From positions 1 through 64,000 of IMG/VR virus record IMGVR_UViG_3300037797_000149: DNA of 64,000 nucleotides; one strand, 5' to 3'. A program made the position numbers and the translations under genes. Position 1 is the stretch's first letter. Each line of letters starts with the position of its first letter. This DNA comes from a virus. Shown piece after piece: positions 1 through 9,118 of this stretch. The notes under the pieces are model-generated. The model was not told the origin of the DNA. It ran no database searches and saw only the letters and a program-made list of their open reading frames with translations.

Positions 1-2
1 GC

Positions 3-755
3 GCATTGTGGTATTTCAATCAGGACAGCGTCGACACCGATGTCATCGACCAGATGGGGAACGGGGCGAACCAGACCAGCCGGATCGGGACCGCAGTCAT
101 CACCGGAGACGATCCGCCCGGGTTCTCTTTCGCCACCTCGATGCCCGTGTCCGGATCGGGGGAAGGGTCCCTGTCGGCCAATCTCGCCCCGTTCGATCAG
201 CAGAACACCGGATATACCCGGGGGGATTCGACGGCACTGTCGGCGTGGATGCGTCGGGGGGAGACGCCGCTGGTGATCGCCAATCCAGGGTTTGAGATCG
301 ACACGTCGGGATGGTTCGTCGACGGAGGGACTCTTCAAAGGGCCACCGCGCAGTTCAATTCTGGTACGGCGTCCGGGCTCATCGTTCCTGACGGGGTCAC
401 CGCCACCGTGGAGTCGGGTCTGACTACCGGGGCATCCCCATCGGTGGTCGAAGGTGTTGCGTACACGGCGTCGATATGGGCTTATTCCGCGACTGGGCAT
501 CCGTTCCGGCTGGTGATTCAGTGGGAGGATGGCGGTGGTTCCGGGGTCGGCAGTGACGTCGGGGACACTGTGGACCCACTACCTGAAACATGGACCCTGA
601 TCAGCGTGTCAGGACGCGCCCCTTCAGGAGCGGCGACCGTCTCGCCCAGGATCCGGGTCACCGGTACGCCCACCGGCGATGACCTGCTGTACATTGACGA
701 TATGTCGGTGTCCACCGACGATCTCGTGCTACTGGATTCCCCGCTGATCGCCTGA
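3..755 (+). CDS. minor tail/tail-fibre protein, C-terminal part (5' end outside window) with CBM4/9-like sugar-binding module
   Basis: The frame is open to the window edge. 'NPGFEIDTSGWFVDGGTLQRA...' resembles the start of a CBM_4_9 jelly-roll. First gene of a tail-gene run. Confidence 0.55.
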   Translation, partial: ALWYFNQDSVDTDVIDQMGNGANQTSRIGTAVITGDDPPGFSFATSMPVSGSGEGSLSANLAPFDQQNTGYTRGDSTALSAWMRRGETPLVIANPGFEIDTSGWFVDGGTLQRATAQFNSGTASGLIVPDGVTATVESGLTTGASPSVVEGVAYTASIWAYSATGHPFRLVIQWEDGGGSGVGSDVGDTVDPLPETWTLISVSGRAPSGAATVSPRIRVTGTPTGDDLLYIDDMSVSTDDLVLLDSPLIA

Positions 756-767
756 AGGAGATACGTC

Positions 768-914
768 ATGACCGATCCGGCGCTCCCCGCCGACATCGTC
801 TTCGACCCGGCGAACCCTCCCGATGAGTTGCTCAGCCTGCCCCCCGGATACACCTGGGAACTGAAGATCACGGCCGAGGCCGAGGTCGTTCATCCCGACG
901 GAACGAAGAACTGA
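768..914 (+). CDS. hypothetical small protein (48 aa)
   Basis: ATG 768 is preceded by AAGGAG (755-760) and the stop is TGA 912-914. It is below the ORF-track size cut-off and fills the gap between tail genes. Confidence 0.45.
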   Translation: MTDPALPADIVFDPANPPDELLSLPPGYTWELKITAEAEVVHPDGTKN

Positions 915-927
915 CGGAAGGACGACA

Positions 928-1329
928 ATGACTGTAGGACTGTCCGCGGTCAACCTGGCCAACGCCTGGCTCAGCACGCTGCGTGGCGGCGGGAACGGCG
1001 TGAGCTTCACCGCCCCCGCCTCCACCCACGTTAAACTTCACATTGCCGATCCCGGCGCGGCAGGCGCGACCGCTCCCTCGGCCGAGACGGACCGGATGGC
1101 GCTGGAATATGCCGCCCCCTCCGGCGCTTCCATGGCGTCCAGCAACGAGCCGTCCTGGGGACCGTGGGATCAAGGCACGGAGACGATCAGCGACATCAGC
1201 GTGTGGGACGACGCGACAGCGGGGAACTTCCTATACTCGGCGGAACTGACGACGCCCCGCGAAGTGCAGGACAACGACACGCTGAATTTGACGTCCGTCA
1301 CGTTCGCTCTCACGCCGGTCGCCGCATAA
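928..1329 (+). CDS. minor tail protein (hypothetical)
   Basis: 133-aa ORF with RBS GGAAGGA upstream of ATG 928. Assigned by its position among tail-fibre genes. Confidence 0.5.
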   Translation: MTVGLSAVNLANAWLSTLRGGGNGVSFTAPASTHVKLHIADPGAAGATAPSAETDRMALEYAAPSGASMASSNEPSWGPWDQGTETISDISVWDDATAGNFLYSAELTTPREVQDNDTLNLTSVTFALTPVAA

Positions 1330-1359
1330 ATTCGACAACACGATCGGCGGGATCCCACC

Positions 1360-3381
1360 GTGGCCGTCATTCTCACCGGCAGCGAGTACATTGATCTCGA
1401 CTCGCACGGTGCTGCCCTGGACGTCCGCAGCAGGCCGCTGACCTGGTACGCCGAATTCACGTCCTCGACCACCGATCAGATTATGTTCCTGCTCGCGCAT
1501 GGCCGGAATTCGGGCGCGGGCACCCAGGAATACGCACAACTGTGGGTCAGCGCTTCCCAGATCCGGACCCGGTGGAACGGCTCCGCCCAGGGGCAAGTCG
1601 AAATCCTTGGGGCGAATACCAACGACGGCAGTTTTCACCGGTTCGCGAATGTTGTGCGTTCCAGTGTCAATACGATGGCCCAATTCCTGGACGGGTCCGC
1701 CAGCACGTCGGACTCCAACATCGGATCCGGACTGACCACCGCCGACATTAATGACACCACGGTTATCGGACGAGACTCCGGCGCCGATCAGTTTTATTTC
1801 ATTGGCCAGATCAGCAATGTCGCCGTGTGGGACGCCGAGCTCACGACGCAGCAGCTTGAAGATCTGACATCCGGGACTATTGATCCTTCAGATCTGCCGA
1901 CCGGGCTGCTCGGGTACTGGCCGCTGGATTACGACGCCAGAGACGTCTCGGGAAACGAGTTGCACGGAACCCCGGTCGGGAGCCCGGACTTCACCGAGGA
2001 ACCCCCGGGGGACGAGGTCGATGTGGTGGCCACGGCCACTGTCAGCGTCGCCGCCAGCCAGATCATCCCGGTGTCCGCGAGAGTCGGCAAAGACATCGTC
2101 TCCGACCCCCCGTTCGTCACCTCGGTGGACGCCTCCGGCAGGTTCCTGCTCGACCAGTACGGCGCGCCGATCCTGATCCGGGGCGAGTCTCCGTGGTCGA
2201 TGTTCACCGACTTGTCGCCGGTGCAGGCGGACACCTATCTGACCAACCGGGCCGGTTACGGCTGTAACACGGCTCTGGTATCCATGATCGGTTCGGTGGC
2301 GAACGGCGGCCCCTCCGATGACGGCGCCACATTCGACGACATCCTCCCGTTCACCGGCGGGGATGTCACAGTGTTCAATGAGACCTACTGGTCGCGGATG
2401 GACACGTTCATCGCCACTGCCCGCGACCTCGGGATCACATTACTGATCTACCCGATGGACGGCTGGAACACCCGTTTCGAATCGGTCGTCTTCAACCCCG
2501 GAAATGTGAGCAATGCGGATTGCCAGGCTTACGGGCAGGCCCTCGCGGAAAGATATGCGGGCGAGCCGAATATCCTGTGGGCGTTTGGCGGTGACTACGC
2601 TGAGGACAACACCGTCAACGAGCGGTTCGGAGCGTGCCTGGACGGAATCAGAGCGGCCGGCGACCAGCGGCTCGCCACGGTTCAGCTGAACTTTCGCAAA
2701 AGCCTGTCCAGTGACAGCTCGTTCTGGTCCTCACGGGTCGGATGGAACTTCGTCTACACCTATTACGTCACCTATAAGGCGATGTTCGACGGATATGGCC
2801 ACACCTGGTCGCCGTCTCCCCTGACCCGGCCCGCCCTGTTCTCAGAGGGGGCGTACGAGAATTCCGGGTCTCCGCATTTTGGCACCGACGAGGCGCTGCG
2901 CCGCCAGATCTGCTGGGCGCTCACTTCCGGATCCCCGGGCGACTTCACCGGCCAGGAGGGGGTGTGGAATTTCCAGTCGAACTGGGAGTCCCTGCTCGAC
3001 TCCACGGCGGCTGGCCAGATCCAGTCCATTCGCGACACCTTCGAAGCGCTGGCCTGGACCACGCTTGTTCCGGACACCGGCTCCGACCTGGTGACGGCGG
3101 GCCGCGGCACTGAGATCACTACGGACAGTCCCGAGGTGTTCCCGGTCGAGAATGATTACGTCACCGCGGCGCGTGCCGCCGACGGCAGCTTGGCGGTGAT
3201 CTACATGCCGGACGCGTCGGTGCAGATCACCATCGACGAAGGACAAATGTCCGGCGGCTACACCGCCACCTGGGTCGACCCGGCCAGTGGTGCCAGCATC
3301 TCCGAAACTCCCAGCGCGACGTACAGCCGCGGAAACAATTCGGCAGGCGACTCCGACTGGCTCCTGGTCTTGGAGGGCTGA
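1360..3381 (+). CDS. tail-associated glycoside hydrolase: LamG/ConA-like lectin domain + DUF4038 (GH140-like) domain + collagenase-type C-terminal beta domain
   Basis: 673 aa with a GTG start. The N-terminus is LamG-like. 'FLLDQYGAPILIRGESPWSMF' resembles the DUF4038 entry motif. 'DGSLAVIYMPDASVQITID...ATWVDPASGA' resembles the PF12904-type C-terminus. Confidence 0.65.
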   Translation: MAVILTGSEYIDLDSHGAALDVRSRPLTWYAEFTSSTTDQIMFLLAHGRNSGAGTQEYAQLWVSASQIRTRWNGSAQGQVEILGANTNDGSFHRFANVVRSSVNTMAQFLDGSASTSDSNIGSGLTTADINDTTVIGRDSGADQFYFIGQISNVAVWDAELTTQQLEDLTSGTIDPSDLPTGLLGYWPLDYDARDVSGNELHGTPVGSPDFTEEPPGDEVDVVATATVSVAASQIIPVSARVGKDIVSDPPFVTSVDASGRFLLDQYGAPILIRGESPWSMFTDLSPVQADTYLTNRAGYGCNTALVSMIGSVANGGPSDDGATFDDILPFTGGDVTVFNETYWSRMDTFIATARDLGITLLIYPMDGWNTRFESVVFNPGNVSNADCQAYGQALAERYAGEPNILWAFGGDYAEDNTVNERFGACLDGIRAAGDQRLATVQLNFRKSLSSDSSFWSSRVGWNFVYTYYVTYKAMFDGYGHTWSPSPLTRPALFSEGAYENSGSPHFGTDEALRRQICWALTSGSPGDFTGQEGVWNFQSNWESLLDSTAAGQIQSIRDTFEALAWTTLVPDTGSDLVTAGRGTEITTDSPEVFPVENDYVTAARAADGSLAVIYMPDASVQITIDEGQMSGGYTATWVDPASGASISETPSATYSRGNNSAGDSDWLLVLEG

Positions 3382-4751
3382 TGGCATTCACCGTCACCGC
3401 CCGGCATTCGGCCAACTCCGTCGCCACCGCCATCGCCGCGCAGGCCACCGACTCCGTCGCCCCGAGCGCGGACAGCCTGCTGCTGATATTCGCGGGCGCC
3501 CAGCGCGATCAGCACACCACGTCTGAGACCTGGTCGGCGTCGGGAGGGTCGCTGACGTGGACCCAGACCGCCGTGACCTCCGCATTTCCATGGGACACCA
3601 GCGCCGACTTCTCCATCAGCGCTGCCCTGCATCGGGCGGTCATCGGAGGTTCGCCTTCGGCGTTCGCCATCACCTGCGATGCCTGGGCCGACGCGTCGGA
3701 AGGCTTCTACGCGATCGTCGGTTGTGACGTTACCGGGCACAATGCGGCGTCCCCGATTGTGCAGTCCGCCACCAATGGGGCCGCCCTGACCGGCGGTGAC
3801 GCCCACTCCGGTTCGGTGACGCTCGGTACCACGCCCGTCGTGGGAAATCTGGTGGTGGTCTCGTTCTCTTCCAGCGCCGACGACGACGGTGGATTCGCCA
3901 CCCCCACATTCGGCGGACGGGCGATGACACAGTTGTTCAATCAGGCCACACTGTGGACACAGTCGAGCCTGTGGTTTCTGGTGGTGGACGGCACCGAAAC
4001 CGACGACACGATCACATGCGCCGATCTCGGACAGCAGGTCGGCAACTATGCCGCCATCGCGATCGAGATAGAGGAGGCACCTGGCGATGTCGCTGCCGAG
4101 ACCACACTGACCGCTGTTGCCGGCATCACGGCCGAACCGGTCCTGACGGCCGAATCAACAGCAACCATCGCCGCTGTTGCTGCTGTCACCGCCGAAGCCT
4201 CGATTCCAGGCGTCGTCGACGCTGAAGCCGCGATCACCGTTACCGCCGCCATCACCCCCGGCGCCACGGTGACCCCGGGGGGAACGCCGGGAGTCGCCGT
4301 CGAAGCGGACATCACCGCTGAGGCCGAAGTCCAGACCCCGCAATCGGTGGATGCGGAGGCGACTGTCACCGTCACCGCAGCGATCACCGCTGGAGCCGCC
4401 ATCACCCGCGCCGTCCAGGCGAGTGTGAGCGCTGTCGCGACCATCTCCGCAACGGTGGGATCGGGGGAAGAGGCGCTCATCATCCGCTCGATCTCCGGGA
4501 TTTTCGGAAATCCCGGACCGGTCGTGACCGGCATCGCCAAGAAGGCCACGCCGCTGTTGAACGGAACCGCGTTCTCCCACAAGGTGACCGGGGTGCGGGC
4601 CTTCTCCGTCGTGGTGACGGGTGTGGCCGCGCCCACTACAGTGGTGACAGGCGTTCGAGGTGTCCAAGATGAGCAGATGAGCGGTCCCCGAGTCGGACGG
4701 GTCGTCACCGGGCCGAAAACCAGCCGGGTCGTCACCGGGCCGAAAGTCTAG
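3381..4751 (+). CDS. minor tail protein with Ala/Thr/Val-rich internal repeats
   Basis: 456 aa; ATGA overlap with the upstream gene. Repeated 'VDAEA(A/T)(I/V)TVTAAIT(P/A)GA' and a C-terminal 'VVTG' periodicity. Confidence 0.6.
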   Translation: MAFTVTARHSANSVATAIAAQATDSVAPSADSLLLIFAGAQRDQHTTSETWSASGGSLTWTQTAVTSAFPWDTSADFSISAALHRAVIGGSPSAFAITCDAWADASEGFYAIVGCDVTGHNAASPIVQSATNGAALTGGDAHSGSVTLGTTPVVGNLVVVSFSSSADDDGGFATPTFGGRAMTQLFNQATLWTQSSLWFLVVDGTETDDTITCADLGQQVGNYAAIAIEIEEAPGDVAAETTLTAVAGITAEPVLTAESTATIAAVAAVTAEASIPGVVDAEAAITVTAAITPGATVTPGGTPGVAVEADITAEAEVQTPQSVDAEATVTVTAAITAGAAITRAVQASVSAVATISATVGSGEEALIIRSISGIFGNPGPVVTGIAKKATPLLNGTAFSHKVTGVRAFSVVVTGVAAPTTVVTGVRGVQDEQMSGPRVGRVVTGPKTSRVVTGPKV

Positions 4752-4765
4752 GAAGAGGTAAACCC

Positions 4766-5104
4766 ATGGCTCTCACCATCCAAAGAGAGACAACCGAGTT
4801 TTCTTACATGGGCGTTTCCGGAGATCCCCCGTCGGTGGGCGCCGAAGTCGCGTTCCTGGACGCCGGCGTCCGCCCCACCGATGAATGGGAGGACGGAACC
4901 CTGGTTCTGAACGACTCTGATCCGCTGTGGGCAGATGCTGTGGCCTCTGGAGCCACCGGGGACTATTTCGTCGCCAGGCTCATCGGATCCTTCGGGGGAA
5001 ATGAGCTGGTGCTGGGGCCGGGCACCTATCAGCCGTGGCTCCGGCTTACCGATACAGTGGAGCGGCCTGTTCGCATCGGCCCGGAAACCCTGATTGTGCA
5101 GTGA
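4766..5104 (+). CDS. hypothetical protein
   Basis: 112-aa ORF with RBS GGAAGAGG upstream. Confidence 0.55.
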   Translation: MALTIQRETTEFSYMGVSGDPPSVGAEVAFLDAGVRPTDEWEDGTLVLNDSDPLWADAVASGATGDYFVARLIGSFGGNELVLGPGTYQPWLRLTDTVERPVRIGPETLIVQ

Positions 5105-5108
5105 TGAC

Positions 5109-5357
5109 ATGGCCAATGTCCCCGTAAAAGTCGACTACCCGCATCGCTCCGAAGACCTGCAGACCATCTATTTGGCGGTGACCGACCAGGCCCGCCCGGC
5201 ATCCAACATCTGGCGGCCGGCGTTCCGTGACATTGATCGCACCGGGAAGAAACCCCGGCGGATCGTGTTCGCGTACTTTCCGTCGACCGGCCGGATGATG
5301 AAAGTGTGGATCCGGGATTCGGCCGGGGACCGCCCGCTGGATTCGCGAATCGTGTAG
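5109..5357 (+). CDS. hypothetical protein
   Basis: ORF 5094..5357 trimmed to the first ATG (5109), which lies just after the upstream stop. Confidence 0.45.
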   Translation: MANVPVKVDYPHRSEDLQTIYLAVTDQARPASNIWRPAFRDIDRTGKKPRRIVFAYFPSTGRMMKVWIRDSAGDRPLDSRIV

Positions 5358-5386
5358 GAGAAACTAGGTCGGATAGTATCAAAGGT

Positions 5387-5608
5387 ATGTCCGGCCTTGG
5401 AGAACCTAGCGAGCGCGCATTGCCTGCTCCCGGCGACATCGTCACCTTTCGTGACGAGAAACGCGTCGTGGTGGACATCACCGGCGAGGGTGACGCTGTT
5501 CTGCGCTACACCGATGACGATCCCCGCCGCCAGGTGAATCCCGAAGGCGGGGACATGCATTTGGAAGCGGCCGAGGCGGCCTCTCTCACAGTGGCGGGGC
5601 GGTCCTGA
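5387..5608 (+). CDS. hypothetical protein (first gene of lysis cassette?)
   Basis: Internal ATG of ORF 5306..5608. TAGTAT (5374-5379) lies 7 nt upstream, so the mRNA may be leaderless. Confidence 0.45.
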   Translation: MSGLGEPSERALPAPGDIVTFRDEKRVVVDITGEGDAVLRYTDDDPRRQVNPEGGDMHLEAAEAASLTVAGRS

Positions 5609-6837
5609 TGACCACGATCAGCGCGGAACGGTCCAAGCTGGCCAAAGTGGGTCTGTCGTTGCGCCGCCGCGAACAGTGGGGGGCCAAGCGTTCCTACACT
5701 GATGCCCGTTCGGTGACCGAGCCCGCCACGCGGGTGTTCGTGCACATCACCGTCTCCAACCCGTCCAGCTACAACGGCAACGACGCCCACGCACGAGCTA
5801 TCGAGGCCATCGGGATCAGCCGCTTCCCCAAAACTGGGATCTCCTACAACCGGCTCATCATGCCCAATGGGGCCATTTACGAAGCGCAGCCGATCGGGCG
5901 CAGAGGCGCGCACACCGTCAACGATTTCCGCCGCTCGAGTTGCTCGACACCGGGCTGCCCGGACCGGGGATCGTCCCTGACCGCCCCGAGCTGGAACCTC
6001 AACATCAACGCTCGCTCGTACGCGATCTGCCAGAACGTTGGGCATCCGGTGAGCGACAAAATGGTCGACTCGATCGCACGTGCGATCGCCGCCGACAAAC
6101 TGGCCGGATTCGTGACCAGGTCCGCCTCGATCCACGGCCACCGCTGTGTTGCGTCGAAGTCGTGCCCCGGCGACAAGATGTGGGCTCGGATGGGCGAGAT
6201 TCAGAAGCGCGTCAACCATTATCTGAAAAACGGACTGAACGGAGACGGCGAAGTGGCCAGCAACGACACCATTATCAAGAACAACAGCGTCTGGTGGGAC
6301 TCGATCTTCCAGAAGAAGTCCAACCCCAAGCAGCGGATGCGGGCTTATAGCTACCTGACCTATATCCACGCTTACGTGCTCGATGTTCGTCGCGCTCTAA
6401 CCCAGACCCTCCCGTTCAACTCCTGGATGGAGAAGCGCTGGGGCAAGGCGAATTACAGCGTGCGCACGTACATTAGAACGGCCTACGGTCACGCCCGGGC
6501 CGGCAACGAGAATTCGGCCGAAGCACTCAAAGTTTTGGCAGCGCAGGCGAAACTGCTGTCCAAGCAGGCGGGGGAGATCGCCGCCGTCAAAGAACTGGTT
6601 CGGCAGCTCATCGCACGCGAACCCATGAACGAGCAACTCGTCGAAGCCGCGGCGCAACGAGGGGCATTGGCGGGGTCTGTGGAGGCGCTGGACGACTTGG
6701 GCCTGGACTTCCAGGTCACGATCACCCCCACCGAAGAGCCCACCGAGCTCGCCGAGTCTGCCGAACCCGAAGACGAGCCCGACGAACGGATCGAATCGGT
6801 CGAGCAGCTGTCCGATGAATCGGCTGTCGACGTCTAA
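5608..6837 (+). CDS. lysA: endolysin, N-acetylmuramoyl-L-alanine amidase (Amidase_2/PGRP fold) with uncharacterised C-terminal domain
   Basis: 409 aa. 'VFVHITVSN...GISYN...GAHTVN...IHGHRCV..KSCPGDKMW' fits the Zn-amidase_2 pattern. Membrane proteins follow. Confidence 0.8.
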   Translation: MTTISAERSKLAKVGLSLRRREQWGAKRSYTDARSVTEPATRVFVHITVSNPSSYNGNDAHARAIEAIGISRFPKTGISYNRLIMPNGAIYEAQPIGRRGAHTVNDFRRSSCSTPGCPDRGSSLTAPSWNLNINARSYAICQNVGHPVSDKMVDSIARAIAADKLAGFVTRSASIHGHRCVASKSCPGDKMWARMGEIQKRVNHYLKNGLNGDGEVASNDTIIKNNSVWWDSIFQKKSNPKQRMRAYSYLTYIHAYVLDVRRALTQTLPFNSWMEKRWGKANYSVRTYIRTAYGHARAGNENSAEALKVLAAQAKLLSKQAGEIAAVKELVRQLIAREPMNEQLVEAAAQRGALAGSVEALDDLGLDFQVTITPTEEPTELAESAEPEDEPDERIESVEQLSDESAVDV

Positions 6838-6868
6838 AACGCGAAACCACCCTTACTGAGGCGGTCTG

Positions 6869-7123
6869 ATGCCAGATGAGCCGACACTCGGTGAGGCCCT
6901 GCGACGATTGGACAAGATCGAACAGCGCATCGATAGCCGTCTGGTATCGCTGGGAACTTATAGTGCCGAACGTAAGCACGATCAGGACGCCGTTACAGAA
7001 GTGTCGCGGCGTACGACCAAGCTCGAGAATCGTATCGACTGGGCTTATCGGGCGGCGGTGACAGGGATCATCATGCCGGTAGTGGTCGGGGTCATGCTTT
7101 TCCTTCTGTTGAGGGCGCGATGA
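6869..7123 (+). CDS. membrane protein, holin-like (single C-terminal TM)
   Basis: 84 aa with a coiled N-terminus and a hydrophobic 'VTGIIMPVVVGVMLFLLL' followed by RAR. Directly downstream of the endolysin. Confidence 0.5.
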   Translation: MPDEPTLGEALRRLDKIEQRIDSRLVSLGTYSAERKHDQDAVTEVSRRTTKLENRIDWAYRAAVTGIIMPVVVGVMLFLLLRAR

Positions 7124-7845
7124 TGATGATGGCGAGGGTACGGCGGCAGCGTGGCAACATCGCGTTCTATGCGGCGGTGGTCGTGTTGTCGGTCATTGTC
7201 GCGCTCGTCATCTCCGAGGTCGTCAAGCTGTCCGATCGCGCCGATACCGCCGCCAGCGCTTCGGCTGAGCGGCAGCAGACCGTGGAAGACTTGTCAGCCG
7301 ACGTCGAGGCGCTGCGTCACCAGGTGTCCGGTTTGGGCGAGGAGCCGGTGGCGCCGGACCCGGACGAGCGCACCGACGATCTGACGCCGATCCCCGGACC
7401 TGAAGGCAAACAGGGTGAACGCGGGCCGCGGGGTTTTCCGCCGACACGGCAACAAGTGATGAATGTCGTGGTTCCCGTCGTCGCTCAGTACCTGATCGAG
7501 AATCCCCCGCCGGCCGGAGCGGATGGTGAAGATTCCACGATTCCGGGTCCTCAAGGCGAGCCCGGCGCGGACTCTACGGTTCCTGGACCGGCGGGTGCCG
7601 ACGGTGAGGATTCCACGATTCCGGGTCCTCAAGGCGAACCCGGCGAAGATTCCACGGTTCCAGGTCCGCCAGGCGATGACGGCGACGATGGAGATGATGG
7701 CCGTGGCATCGCGGCTGTGACCATCGAGGGCGACGGCCGGGAGTCGTGCGAATTGGTCGTACACTACGACGACGAAGATGAAACCGAAGATCGGATAGGA
7801 ATCAACCCACTCATTTGCATCCGCTCCAACGAAGGAGAATCATGA
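7120..7845 (+). CDS. membrane-anchored protein with collagen-like G-X-Y/acidic repeats
   Basis: 241 aa. N-terminal TM 'IAFYAAVVVLSVIVALVI'. Repeats 'GADGEDSTIPGPQGEPG(A/E)DSTVPGP' at about nt 7516-7700. Confidence 0.65.
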   Translation: MMMMARVRRQRGNIAFYAAVVVLSVIVALVISEVVKLSDRADTAASASAERQQTVEDLSADVEALRHQVSGLGEEPVAPDPDERTDDLTPIPGPEGKQGERGPRGFPPTRQQVMNVVVPVVAQYLIENPPPAGADGEDSTIPGPQGEPGADSTVPGPAGADGEDSTIPGPQGEPGEDSTVPGPPGDDGDDGDDGRGIAAVTIEGDGRESCELVVHYDDEDETEDRIGINPLICIRSNEGES

Positions 7846-8186
7846 CCACATTCAAGATTTTCGGCCGCGAGCCGGCGGCCTTCATCGCACTGATCGGATC
7901 GCTTCTCACTGTCGTCGCGGCACTCAACGTGGAATTCCTGTCGGCAGGCCAGGCAGCCGCCATCACCGGTCTGGTGTCGGGTCTGGTGATGGCCTGGGCT
8001 ACACGACCTCTGGCGCCGTCACTTCTGACCGGGGCGTGGACGGCCGCTGTGGCGCTGTTCGCCGAATACGGTCTTGACCTGTCCGATCATCTGGTGGCGT
8101 CGGTGTCCGCGTCCATGCTGGCGTTGTTCAGCTTCATTACCCGGCAACAGGTTTCCCCGCAGAACACGGCGATCACCAGGTCCTAG
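7842..8186 (+). CDS. multi-pass membrane protein, holin candidate
   Basis: ATG 7842 with RBS GAAGGAG and an ATGA overlap. About 4 hydrophobic segments. Last gene before the terminator. Confidence 0.55.
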   Translation: MTTFKIFGREPAAFIALIGSLLTVVAALNVEFLSAGQAAAITGLVSGLVMAWATRPLAPSLLTGAWTAAVALFAEYGLDLSDHLVASVSASMLALFSFITRQQVSPQNTAITRS

Positions 8187-8223
8187 CCCGGCAACCTGAC
8201 TGAATTGCGCTGACGGGGAATGT

Positions 8224-8265
8224 GAAATCCCCCGATGGGAAGCCGCCTCTCCATCGGGGGATTTC
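8224..8265. terminator. bidirectional rho-independent terminator
   Basis: Perfect 15-bp inverted repeat gaaatcccccgatgg / ccatcgggggatttc with a 12-nt loop and T-rich flanks. It lies between convergent gene blocks. Confidence 0.8.
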
Positions 8266-8308
8266 TTTGCGTCTAAGAGTGCCACTGTGCCAGCACTCGG
8301 CATGTGGT

Positions 8309-8488
8309 TCAGCCCGCACCCGAGACCCGGAACGGGCGGTCGTCAGGGCCGGATTCGTCCCTAGGTGCAGGCGGTCGTTTCTGGGGGTCCGCCGGTTCTT
8401 GAACGACTCCGGAATCTTCTTGCACCTTGGCGGCGTTACCCGTCACCAGGCGTTGCTTGAGCCTATTCAGGTGGCTTTTGTCGGCCAT
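8309..8488 (-). CDS. hypothetical small protein (59 aa)
   Basis: ATG at 8488 with GGGAGAA upstream; overlaps the 3' end of the upstream gene. Just below the ORF-track cut-off. Confidence 0.35.
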   Translation of the reverse strand: MADKSHLNRLKQRLVTGNAAKVQEDSGVVQEPADPQKRPPAPRDESGPDDRPFRVSGAG

Positions 8489-8801
8489 GCGATTCGTTCT
8501 CCCAGAATTCGATTATTTTTCCCATCGAGTTCGCGAACTTGATCTCGCGTCTCACCGTTGGCGGGATACGGTCGTCGACAACGACGACGTACACACGCTG
8601 GGACTGCCTTATCTTAGCCAGCTGCGCGGTTTCTAGTATGTCCATTTGGTCCCCGGTGATGGGGGTACCCTCAGGCGGGAACACGGGTGTGTACACCACA
8701 CATCCGGCGAGCGTGAGATCCAGTTCGACTTTGGTTATCTCAGCTTGGAATCGGTGTGACCCGCAAATGGTGACAATTGCGGGGTTGTCATCAGTCGCCA
8801 T
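8463..8801 (-). CDS. nucleoside 2-deoxyribosyltransferase-like (Rossmann-like 'CGSxRF' family) protein
   Basis: ORF 8463..8837 trimmed to ATG 8801 (RBS GGAG). 'ICGSHRF...LAG..V...KI..S..V.VV' is paralogous to the C-terminus of 44821..45363. Confidence 0.45.
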   Translation of the reverse strand: MATDDNPAIVTICGSHRFQAEITKVELDLTLAGCVVYTPVFPPEGTPITGDQMDILETAQLAKIRQSQRVYVVVVDDRIPPTVRREIKFANSMGKIIEFWENESHGRQKPPE

Positions 8802-8817
8802 GGTTTTCACTCCTGTC

Positions 8818-8937
8818 TTAGTTCCAGTGGGTTGCACGTGTCTGCAGTATGAAGATCATCAGAGAGACGACGGCCGCGGCCAGGCTGAGAGCCAGGATCG
8901 CCAGAAGTGCCAGTACGATGCCCTGCTCGATCGTCAT
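8818..8937 (-). CDS. small membrane protein (39 aa)
   Basis: MTIEQGIVLALLAILALSLAAAVVSLMIFILQTRATHWN has one clear TM segment. Not in the ORF track because of its size. Confidence 0.4.
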   Translation of the reverse strand: MTIEQGIVLALLAILALSLAAAVVSLMIFILQTRATHWN

Positions 8938-9070
8938 TCGCGGGCCGTCCCGTCATATCCGAAGTCGGGGAGTATGCACACCGACAAGACGAGAGGTGGG
9001 GCCGCAACAAGCGAGGGTTTTAACCCCCTACACCCGCTGGCTGCGGCTTGGCTCCACCGGTAATAGTCCC

Positions 9071-9099
9071 AGACTAACGCGATCATGTCGGGACGTCAA
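9071..9099 (-). promoter_or_regulatory. sigma-70-like promoter candidate (TTGACG-17-TAGTCT)
   Basis: Read on the minus strand in the 180-bp gap upstream of 8818..8937. It lacks the TGn extension of the main promoter family. Confidence 0.35.
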
Positions 9100-9118
9100 C
9101 CTGTTCTTCCCAGGGCTG

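Noticed and set aside
5506-6369. Long antisense ORFs opposite well-supported genes, for example 5506..6369 (287 aa, opposite the endolysin), 14342..15223, 24038..24739, 31698..32495, 49389..50123 and 61112..62098 (328 aa).
   Set aside because: Their products are Arg/Pro/Gly/Ala-rich with no motifs. This is typical of shadow ORFs in high-GC DNA. The opposite strand carries genes with clear catalytic motifs and coupled starts.
8938-9118. A possible small RNA or structured element in the 180-bp gap (hairpin-like gggttttaaccc).
   Set aside because: The stem is only 5 bp with a 2-nt loop, and there is no flanking promoter-terminator pair beyond the weak promoter already listed.
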